From Trypanosoma brucei (lineage: Eukaryota), in NCBI GenBank assembly GCA_000002445.1, contig CP000067.1, forward strand, positions 608,001 through 672,000: a stretch of DNA of 64,000 nucleotides, read 5' to 3'. The position numbers and the translations under genes were made by a program. Below the pieces are notes generated by a model. That model did no database searches, was not told the origin of the DNA, and saw nothing but the letters and a program-made list of their open reading frames with translations. Every line of letters starts with the position of its first letter. Within the stretch, counting starts at the first letter, position 1. This document shows, piece by piece, positions 56,901 through 64,000 of the stretch.

Positions 56901-58420
56901 TGAACAGTGTGTTGGCGCTTGCGCGTGGTTTCAGTTTTGCTTTCGGTGGTCTGCGGGCCGCAAAAAGGCTACACAATGAGTTATTGGGCCACGTGATGTC
57001 TGCCACGTTTACCTTCTTCTCAGACACGCCGCCCGGCCGCATCATCAACCGGCTATGTGGTGATACATACACCATTGATGATTCACTGCCATTCATAATG
57101 AACATTTTGTTGGCGCAAACGTTTTTACTTTGCGGAGCGGTAGTCGTAATATTACTCAACTCCTCGTCGTTGCTAATAGTTACACTCATTCCGGTTTCTG
57201 TGCTCTACCATCGTATTCAATGTCCGTATCGAGCGTCGTCGAGAGAGCTGCGACGACTTGAAGAAGCGGCTAACGCGCCACTGCTCGATACAATGCGTGA
57301 TGCGCTGGACGGTGGGGTAGTAATTCGCAGTTTGGGCGGTAGAGTGGTGATGTCTCACCTGCGGCGTGCGAGTCGAAACACGGATCTGTTGTTGCGAGTA
57401 AAGTTTAATTCCATGCTTCTCGGTGCATGGTTTACCATCCGGCTGGAGCTTGTTGGCCTCCTTCCACTTATTTTTGTAGGAGGCACCGCTATCTATTACC
57501 ATGGCAGCGCCTCCGCCCCTTTTATAGGGCTTGCACTCGCCTATGTGCAGCCCCTGACGTCATATGTGGGAGGCTTGCTTGGTGCGTTTGCCTCCACGGA
57601 AACAGAGCTTATTAGCGTGGAGCGCGTGAGACAATACTTTTCATTGGCGAGCGAGGAGCCACGAACTCTGGGCATGTTTTTTTCACCTCCACTCTCCAAC
57701 TGGCCCAGCGGTGGTCAAGTTGTTTTGAGCAACGTGTCAATGCGGTACGACCCAAGCGGACCGGAGGTGTTGCGGTCGCTGAGCTTTCATGTAAATGCTG
57801 GGGAGAAGGTGGCGATAGTAGGCCGGACAGGAGCGGGGAAATCTTCCATTTTTTCGGCGTTGCTCCGACTTGTGGAAATCGAGTCGGGATCCATCCACAT
57901 CGATGGATACGACACTCGGCGGCTACCACTTGAGGTTCTACGCACCCGCTTAAGTGTCCTTCCGCAACAACCGTTCATCTTTAGTGGTTCACTCCGGCAG
58001 AACATTGACCCATTTGGGCTTCACTCGGAAGACGCTGTGCGTGACGTTGCAACCTCCGTTAAACTAGACGGTGTTGCATTGGATTACAATGTCACTGACA
58101 GCAGTCGCGTCAGTGGAGGTCAACGCCATCTGATTGCACTTGCCCGTGTAATACTCCAGCGGTCTCCACTGCTGTTGTTGGATGAACCGACTGCACAAAG
58201 TAGTGCCGAGGCGGAGGCAGCGTTGTGGAGCTCGTTGGCCGAACATCTGAGGAGTACAACGGTGTTGTGCATCACACACAAATTGTCACATATTGACTTC
58301 TTCGATCGTGTCATTGTCATTGAGAATGGCCATGTTGCTAGTGACGGAACTGTTGCTCAACTCCGAGCGGCCTCTGTGTGGCCGTTTTCGTCCCCCAATG
58401 CCGATGCTTCGCTCACATAA
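53909..58420 (+). CDS. ABC transporter, ABCC/MRP subfamily, full length (TMD0-TMD1-NBD1-TMD2-NBD2).
   Basis: The 1503 aa ORF has many TM helices. NBD1 has Walker A GVSGSGKST (about 55931), the signature LSGGQRARVALARAL, and a degenerate Walker B LIDDILGCLD typical of ABCC NBD1. NBD2 has GRTGAGKSS (about 57821), VSGGQRHLIALARV, and a canonical LLLDEPTA. Confidence 0.9.
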   Translation: MTTKNRPIEEAAAVYILRIIHTILLWLGVTLGSVLVVCSQPRFVPIRTAISSFVYLLASLCVIFVSILELKGHISTISGVTHWMDRVGCSYWFLLLFIRCIKPSHAVEWVASALLPLLVLTEWAVVTTYILISSTYHPVITVDLFLTVLHTVVFTAFVGLDRLMISDITVIFSAARAAQDADAVEACGGNMGMSRSGPGSFRSDDMLELSHELQSSASSYSSALCRGNSRCYILRVVARRWGGTYAVLVFVRLLYEFGGLLPAHLLRILVDNLSVVENKHGKKHGSDGLCMASVMIVVIIAYNLICTFLRAHYRVALQKIVLYTRGLLTSELFRCTLCRRKHLFDGRTQGDIMNHLSLDVARVADAASSFNDLWALPLQLSLALYLLYIQISFAFVAGVVVSVALIPINMWLTKRIQGVMSELMRENDERVLRITEIVRNIIYVKMCGWSQLVQQWVKESRDRYLVHLRWLKYLDAFCVFFWATTPTLVSLVTFITFILMGGELTPGKAVTALALFNSLTMPLNAYPCVINGLVESYVSWCRLSPFLVMRPDACHGDLYGFASGESDSGTKMFTEITEEYQDMVVSSEEMPCASSLNEIQPLLQAKGCVGEMRRQRLAGIHGLPHPFRRNHDLLIDIRSGVIRLNTQGGAGLPRPSFMLHIPTFQATSGQLIAVVGVSGSGKSTFLDGLAGEHLIDPNDATGHAAVSRFSTAYVEQQPFLMSGTLRENILMGLMYDSVRYEAVINAVALTQDLQTCFYPDGDTFLVGDRGIRLSGGQRARVALARALYAGKELYLIDDILGCLDPTVARHIVTNALVGSAKSGSCVIVATHNQELVERADVVYRCVEGQLLFSQRLVKTAATTVAEPSSPAAKPHATQQHVALANNEKGHGKVGNVLGDVPWPSSDSSPARAPVATPESGSIEAAEVLETSKHGTLAWETLACYIGRVGWKLSAFIIISAALMQISRNAGDQYVVTWAKSGDGNTTRFIWSLAILAGVNSVLALARGFSFAFGGLRAAKRLHNELLGHVMSATFTFFSDTPPGRIINRLCGDTYTIDDSLPFIMNILLAQTFLLCGAVVVILLNSSSLLIVTLIPVSVLYHRIQCPYRASSRELRRLEEAANAPLLDTMRDALDGGVVIRSLGGRVVMSHLRRASRNTDLLLRVKFNSMLLGAWFTIRLELVGLLPLIFVGGTAIYYHGSASAPFIGLALAYVQPLTSYVGGLLGAFASTETELISVERVRQYFSLASEEPRTLGMFFSPPLSNWPSGGQVVLSNVSMRYDPSGPEVLRSLSFHVNAGEKVAIVGRTGAGKSSIFSALLRLVEIESGSIHIDGYDTRRLPLEVLRTRLSVLPQQPFIFSGSLRQNIDPFGLHSEDAVRDVATSVKLDGVALDYNVTDSSRVSGGQRHLIALARVILQRSPLLLLDEPTAQSSAEAEAALWSSLAEHLRSTTVLCITHKLSHIDFFDRVIVIENGHVASDGTVAQLRAASVWPFSSPNADASLT

Positions 58421-58640
58421 GTGCATAAGTTTGAGACATAAGCATCGTAAATGAACGAACCCACATCATACCGCGTTTCGGATGCATGCCTTTAAGTTTG
58501 GAAATCGTATGCTGCCATTCCCAGAGCGCGAGAAACTTTTCCGCCACTTTACTTCCCCTTGATGAGCGGTGGAGGTTAGCTTCCATTCCCACTCTGTCCC
58601 ACCGCTGCTGATTAAAGAAGGACTGTTTGTAGGTTCAACA

Positions 58641-59375
58641 ATGAGGCGGCCCAATGGTATGATTGCTATTTTAACGGGTGCTGGTATCTCTGCCGAGTCG
58701 GGCATTTCAACATTCCGTGATCAGAACGGCTTATGGGAAAACCACCGCGTGGAGGATGTTTGTACTCCTGCCGCCTTCCTCAAACAACCGACAGTCGTAC
58801 AGCGTTTTTACAACGAACGCCGGAGGGCCCTTCTTTCACCGGAGGTGAAGCCCAATGCTTCGCATCAGGCGCTTGCGAGGCTTCAACGTGAATACAAGGA
58901 TGGTCAAGTGGTTATCATTACGCAGAATATTGACGACTTGCACGAGCGGGCAGGATCAAGGCAAGTTTTGCACATGCATGGCGAACTGTTGAAGGTGCGC
59001 TGTACCGCGACAGGACGCGTGTTTGAGTCAAGGGAGGATGTGATCCATGGTGAATCGAAATGTGAATGCTGCGGAGTCGTAGAAACTCTAAGACCGCATA
59101 TAGTATGGTTTAACGAAATGCCACTGTATATGGATGTAATTGATGAAGTGGTGCAAAACGCGGGGCTTTTCGTGGCTGTGGGTACTTCCGGTAACGTATA
59201 CCCTGCAGCGGGTCTTGTGATGATTGCAAAAGCACATGGAGCAGAAACACTTGAACTCAACCTGGAACCCAGTGGGAACTGCAGGGACTTCGATCGGTCC
59301 GTTTACGGGCCGGCGTCTGTCATTGTTCCTGCTTGGGCCGACGAGGTGCTTCACGGAAAGGGTCCCGCGGCATGA
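58641..59375 (+). CDS. Short NAD-dependent protein deacylase (sirtuin, CobB/SIRT5-like class).
   Basis: The ORF track starts at a GTG (58569); the first ATG is at 58641. The NAD-binding motifs are GAGISAESGISTFRD and ITQNIDDLHERAG, and the catalytic His is in HMHGEL. The zinc module shows only C...CxCC rather than two CxxC pairs. Probably a SIR2-related protein of the trypanosome rp2/rp3 type. Confidence 0.85.
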   Translation: MRRPNGMIAILTGAGISAESGISTFRDQNGLWENHRVEDVCTPAAFLKQPTVVQRFYNERRRALLSPEVKPNASHQALARLQREYKDGQVVIITQNIDDLHERAGSRQVLHMHGELLKVRCTATGRVFESREDVIHGESKCECCGVVETLRPHIVWFNEMPLYMDVIDEVVQNAGLFVAVGTSGNVYPAAGLVMIAKAHGAETLELNLEPSGNCRDFDRSVYGPASVIVPAWADEVLHGKGPAA

Positions 59376-59495
59376 GCCACTGCTCATTTTATATTCTTTC
59401 CTTTTCCTTCCCTTGTCTTTGCTTTATCCATTGTTGTTGTTGAGCTGCTCCAACCTCATCTTTTTGATGGCGTTCGTGTTTTTTTTTTTGTTCCA
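59376..59495 (+). promoter_or_regulatory. Polypyrimidine tract ending in ...ttgttccAG, between the sirtuin and the small membrane-protein gene.
   Basis: C/T-rich (cattttatattctttccttttccttcccttgtctttgctttatcc...gtgtttttttttttgttccag). Confidence 0.45.
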
Positions 59496-59857
59496 GGAAC
59501 TTGCCGTTGCAGTTTGAGTGGCTGTGTTGGAGTTGTGGCTTTGTTATGTCGTTTCGACGAATAAAAATGGTAGAGCAAAAAGTTCGCATCTCCTTGTCTC
59601 TGTACTCTCCCCTCCATTTCGCCTTCAAGTTAATCTCCGCATTGCTTGTTATCGTCACCATTACTGCTGTTTTAATTTCGTCCTTTGTCTTCTTTTGTGG
59701 ACCACATAAAAACGTTGGGAAGAAAGCACGCTCACACACTCTACACCTAACCGGTAGCAAAAAGAAAGCAAGATAAAGTAACACAAATAACAGTAATACC
59801 TCGCTCTTTTCATCATCTTTAACCACTAAACAGTTGCCTGCGTAATATTCAGCACTA

Positions 59858-60334
59858 ATGGGCTTCGGTGCAGTCGTCAGCTACTTTGGGCTCATCTTCT
59901 TGCTCACGGTGTTTATCGCCTCGGGTGTTCAAATCATGATGTACCCCACCTCAGGCGCCATGATGTTGGCGAAGAGTAACTTCCCCAAGTTGCTGGAAAT
60001 GGCTGGCATTCAGTACCGCCTCTCTGTTGCTGAATACACCATGGTTGTGCAGGGCATTGGTGCTTCCTGCATTGGCTTTTCCCTGCTAATGCTGCTGGGC
60101 GTTGGTCGTTCCTTCTTTGCCTTCTTGCTCGCCGTTTTGGTTTCTCTGCTTACACTCGCCTTCCACATTGACCTCCGTGCCCCCACGAAGATGAGTGAAA
60201 CGAATGCCTTTCAGGTCTTGAAGAATGCCGCCATTTTCGGTGGACTGATGTTTGTTGCAGGGAGCTCTGGTCGCTCCCGCGCCGCCCCACGGGCCGCCAC
60301 CAATGCGACGGGGAAAGAAAAAAAGAAGAATTAA
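59858..60334 (+). CDS. Small four-helix integral membrane protein (158 aa).
   Basis: Clean ATG start. Four hydrophobic segments are present (VSYFGLIFLLTVFIASGV; VVQGIGASCIGFSLLMLLGV; FFAFLLAVLVSLLTLAF; AAIFGGLMFVAG). A polyY tract plus AG lies upstream (59376-59495). Confidence 0.6.
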   Translation: MGFGAVVSYFGLIFLLTVFIASGVQIMMYPTSGAMMLAKSNFPKLLEMAGIQYRLSVAEYTMVVQGIGASCIGFSLLMLLGVGRSFFAFLLAVLVSLLTLAFHIDLRAPTKMSETNAFQVLKNAAIFGGLMFVAGSSGRSRAAPRAATNATGKEKKKN

Positions 60335-61785
60335 CCGACTCATGCATGCACCGCTTGCCGGGTCACCCCTCCGTAGAGAGAGAGAGAAAAAAAAGGAACT
60401 TCAGTGGATATTGCAGCGAAGAAAGAAAGAATAGGGAGGAGAGGGGGTTTGCATTACGTTCACAAGGGTTGTTTTGATTGATTACCTTCCCCTTTCTGTT
60501 TCCGTTTCCTTTTTCTTTTCTTTTCTTTTTTTTTGCTTTGTCTCATCTCATCTTTTCTTTTTATCTTTCCTCTCCTTATTCCCCTCGGTTTTCTCTTCTT
60601 CGCGTACTTGCTCTCCTGCCCCCCTGCGATTTTTTTTTATTCCTTTGCTTTTCTCTATGAATTCCTTCCGCACCCGATTATCTTAGTTATTTACTTCCCA
60701 CTGGCCCACTCCACTGTTGTGAGGGACGCCTGAAGGAAGTCATGTTGGGGAATGTTTGAATCACATGAATGAGTATTTGCAAAGAGAAGTAAACGCAGGT
60801 AAACAAAAAGTGGGAGAAAATTATATTATTTTTTTTGTGTGTGTTTCTTCCATTTTTTTTTTTAGTGGTGGGAACTTTTGACAACAGGAAGTGAGGGGTT
60901 GAGAGAAATCTCAAGAGGGAGAAAATGTGGAACGGAAAGAAAAGAAAAGAAAAGAGAAACAAAGATGAGTATCTTGGCAGTTGTAAGGGGAGGAATGGGA
61001 GGAACGGAGAAGTAATGACAAGTGAATCGACAATACCTTTAAGGGAAGAAGAAAAAAAAAGAAAACGAAAAAAAAAAATACATATTCATAACAACAATAA
61101 TATTGTTAATAACACACGCACCCGTATACATATATGGGGAAGAAAAGGAAAGGAAAAAAGGAGGGGATCCACAAAACAAAAAAAAGAGGGGGATGAAAAT
61201 GTTTTTATCAAGAGAAGTTTGGCACCATTAAAGGGAGGAAAAGAAACAGTCACTTCTGAAGTAAAAAAAAAGAAGAGAAAGATGCGAAGGTTAAACCCGA
61301 CTCATTTTAAAAACAAAGAGGGAAAGTAGAGAGGTTTGGTGGCACATTTTGTTACGCACTGAAACAATTTTTCTCCCCTTTTCAACGAAAAAATGAGAGA
61401 AAAATGGAAGTGCAATGATGATGTTCGACGCCAATATTGTTATTGTTGTTAATTACGTTGCACTGCACAGGGTCGTAAAAATGTGAGGACAAATAGAAAC
61501 TAAACTGGATCGAAACAAACTAAAGCACGAAAGACAAGAAGGGGGAAAACAAAAGAAAGGAAGAGGTAAAGAGATGATGGACTCAAAATCTATTTTGGGA
61601 CCTCCTACCCCCAACTGGTATAACAGGCGTGCAGGGAGAGGCCGTTTATTGGCGTTATCTAAAAATGTAATATTGCATGTGGTGTGGGCATTTAATTGTA
61701 GGAGTGCAGTGAAAGCATGACGGGGCGGGCATTAGTTATTTGCCGGCCTTTAGCCATGTCCTTCAAATAAGCACTTGTTTTGGTT

Positions 61786-61832
<47 letters not shown>
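61786..61832. repeat. Compound (TA)7-(GT)16 microsatellite.
   Basis: The sequence tatatatatatatat followed directly by gtgtgtgtgtgtgtgtgtgtgtgtgtgtgtgt. Confidence 0.95.
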
Positions 61833-61833
<1 letters not shown>

Positions 61834-62240
61834 GACAAATATGTTTCTTCTCTCTTTTTTCCCCCTTCTTCTTTTTTTTTTCTTTGAAAGAAAGAATTGT
61901 ATTTGTTTCTATTTTTCGTCCGTACGTCTTGGCGCCGGGTATCTATCCTGGAACACGTGGAAGTTATTTCGGTTACAAGGATACTTAGTAGTTCACTGGC
62001 GCATCACCTACAGCGCGGCGCACTGCACGAAAGCAAACAACGGTTAGAAACGCTAGCGAAGCGCACGTAAGTTTGCAAAAACAAGCAAAACCAAACAAAA
62101 AATCAGCTGCGTAAAATAAGGGCACAGAGCAAGGCACAGAATAGTTGGAAAACAGAGGTTATATATATATATATTTATTTATTTATTGTATAGGGTGTGC
62201 GGGTACGCGTTGGTTTGCACCACTGCGGAGGTAACTAACC

Positions 62241-62477
62241 ATGCTTCTTAAGGTGAAGACTGTAAGCAACAAGGTTATTCAAATTACCTCACTTACTGAT
62301 GATAACACAATAGCGGAGTTGAAGGGTAAGTTAGAAGAGTCAGAAGGCATTCCTGGGAATATGATCCGCCTTGTGTATCAGGGAAAGCAATTGGAGGATG
62401 AGAAGCGGCTGAAAGATTACCAAATGTCCGCCGGTGCGACATTTCACATGGTGGTGGCCCTGCGCGCGGGTTGCTGA
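62241..62477 (+). CDS. NEDD8-like ubiquitin-like protein (78 aa) with a non-canonical C-terminus (…ALRAGC instead of …LRGG).
   Basis: It aligns along its whole length with NEDD8 (MLLKVKT...; GIPG..RLVYQGKQLEDEK; HMVVALR). The stop codon comes immediately after Ala-Gly-Cys. Confidence 0.8.
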   Translation: MLLKVKTVSNKVIQITSLTDDNTIAELKGKLEESEGIPGNMIRLVYQGKQLEDEKRLKDYQMSAGATFHMVVALRAGC

Positions 62478-63278
62478 TATATTGAGGAGAAACTCTAAAA
62501 CAGTTTGCTTCGGCATCTCTCAACAACTCATCCCATTACCATGTGAATGGCGAAATTGCACAAAGCTGGTGTCAAACAGCAGCATACGGCGCTGCATGGT
62601 TTCTATCGGCTGCGTCGTGCTCAGATGGTTAAGAGGGAGAAGATTGACCAGAGGAGAAATGAAGGAAGTTAAAGGCCGTTCAAAGAACGAAATTGGTACA
62701 AGGAGGCAAAAAGTCATGAAAAAATAGGCTATTGGGGACCTTAGCAGACTCGGACCTCAGCGGTATATATATATATATATATTCTTTCGTTTGTCTTGAT
62801 TTTACTTTCGTTCACCCCTTTGTTCATTCCTAATCCTTTCTCTGTCCTCTTTTTCCCACCTCAACTGTCGCTGTGGAAAAAAAAAGACAGGGAAATCGAC
62901 TGTTTGGAACACTGTTGAAATGGTGCGATACCAATGAGGCTCCACAGACTTCGCGTTTTCCGATCCTTCCTGATGCGCAACCGTTTCGGTTAATATATCA
63001 AAAGGAAGTGATGTCATGTGCGCAGGTGATTTTTGACCACTCAACTCTTAGCATACGCCAAAACACACACAGACAGACAAATAGTTTTCTTCTCTACAAT
63101 TGAGTGCGGGGAACCGCACATTATCTTTTCCAGGTGCTTTCAAGAAGTCAAAACACGAGGACGAGGGGAGACTGTTTTTTTGGAGGTGGACAGAAAATCA
63201 ACCCGCAGGTGAGGTTGCGGCAGCAGCGCAACCAAACCGGTCAGTCGGCAACTTGTGTTTTCCCATCGTCCAATCAAA

Positions 63279-64000
63279 ATGTCACTGTGGCCGTTTCGTA
63301 CGGGCAATGACGAACGGTTTCAAGTCACAAGCACAGAAGAAACAATATACGACGCCATAAAGAATGAAATGCCAGCGTACCCGTACGGAACAGAGGTGGA
63401 CCGGTATCTGGAGTGGCGGTGGCGGCGTGGGTTAGTGCAAAGCATCTTTCCTGCCACATGCTATGGAGCATTTGTAGGCTTTGCGGTTGGATATCGTCAA
63501 GCGCGCGTGGAGGGTCGCTACATTGGTCGCTACAAAGTCGTGTGGCGCTACAGCTCAACGTTTGCAGCTGTTGGCCTCTTAACAACCGCATTCCATCATG
63601 TGCTTGTGGTGCGCAATAACTACCACGACCGTTTCTACTACCCCATGATGGCTGGTGCCTCCGGGGCTGTTGTACTCACAGTAGCCTCACAAATGGGGAC
63701 GCTCGGTCAAGGCATGCTAGCCGGCTCTTTAGTTGGTGTACTCTACACCTTAAGTTGCTACGGCATGACATATTACCACAGGCGGCGTCTCAAAATGTTC
63801 CTTCGTCAGCAGCAGACACAACAAGTTCCCGTGCATAAGGTGTCTCCTGAGCTTCAACGCATGTATAGGGCCTACCTTTATGATAACAGACCGTTGGAGG
63901 AGAAAGACGTGATGGTGCGGCGGGCAGTTGTGCTCTCCATGAGTGAAGATGACACCTGTTTGGATGCAAAGCGGGTTTTGCAAAACATGACGCCGGAGAT
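63279..64000 (+). CDS. Partial CDS (3' end beyond the window) for a hypothetical membrane protein.
   Basis: An ATG at 63279 opens a frame that continues without a stop to the window end (240+ codons by my own translation). It is absent from the ORF track, presumably because no stop lies within the window. Hydrophobic segments are present (AFVGFAVGY; FAAVGLLTTAF; AGASGAVVLTVASQ; LAGSLVGVLYTL). It is on the same strand as the rest of the array. Confidence 0.55.
   Translation, partial: MSLWPFRTGNDERFQVTSTEETIYDAIKNEMPAYPYGTEVDRYLEWRWRRGLVQSIFPATCYGAFVGFAVGYRQARVEGRYIGRYKVVWRYSSTFAAVGLLTTAFHHVLVVRNNYHDRFYYPMMAGASGAVVLTVASQMGTLGQGMLAGSLVGVLYTLSCYGMTYYHRRRLKMFLRQQQTQQVPVHKVSPELQRMYRAYLYDNRPLEEKDVMVRRAVVLSMSEDDTCLDAKRVLQNMTPE

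Noticed and set aside
60925-61329. A Lys/Glu-rich 134-aa ORF in the intergenic region.
   Set aside because: It is the translation of a purine-rich (GA)-type low-complexity tract of the kind typical of 3'UTRs. It shows no coding signal.
1-64000. A prokaryotic-style novel defence or biosynthetic system, as hinted by the task.
   Set aside because: The locus is a kinetoplastid-type polycistronic array. It is unidirectional with long ORFs, has polyY/AG processing signals, and encodes eukaryote-specific proteins such as twinfilin, EHD, NEDD8 and a PERK-like kinase. There is no operon-like clustering of functionally linked genes. The unusual features are within individual proteins and are reported as findings.

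Overview
This window reads as nuclear DNA from a kinetoplastid (Trypanosoma-like), not a prokaryotic locus. I count about 22 intronless protein-coding genes, all on the + strand, which fits a single polycistronic transcription unit with no strand-switch region. The genes are separated by pyrimidine-rich tracts followed by AG dinucleotides (likely trans-splice and polyadenylation signals), and the intergenic regions contain (TA)n, (TG)n and (ATTT)n microsatellites. Many ORF-track starts are GTG or TTG codons inside upstream pyrimidine tracts, so I re-set those starts to the first plausible ATG.

Genes recognisable by homology are:
- twinfilin (two ADF-H domains)
- an EHD-like dynamin-superfamily ATPase
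- a Prp43/DHX15-like DEAH helicase
- a Kelch-repeat protein
- a large protein ending in a degenerate beta-phosphoglucomutase-like HAD domain (possible GH65-like fusion)
- a CCR4/PDE12-type endonuclease-exonuclease-phosphatase (EEP) nuclease
- a SET-domain methyltransferase
- a protein-disulfide-isomerase-like thioredoxin
- a tandem pseudokinase / ZZ-finger / LRR / dual-specificity phosphatase protein
- OGG1
- a PERK-like membrane eIF2alpha kinase
- an ABCC/MRP transporter
- a short sirtuin
- a NEDD8-like ubiquitin-like protein with an unusual C-terminus

The adjacent eIF2alpha kinase, ABCC transporter and sirtuin match my recollection of a T. brucei chromosome 4 neighbourhood. I cannot verify that from the sequence alone.

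I see no CRISPR arrays, tRNA or rRNA genes, recognisable retroposons, or prokaryote-style defence systems. The observations worth a second look are pseudoenzyme domains and atypical domain architectures, not a new multi-gene system.
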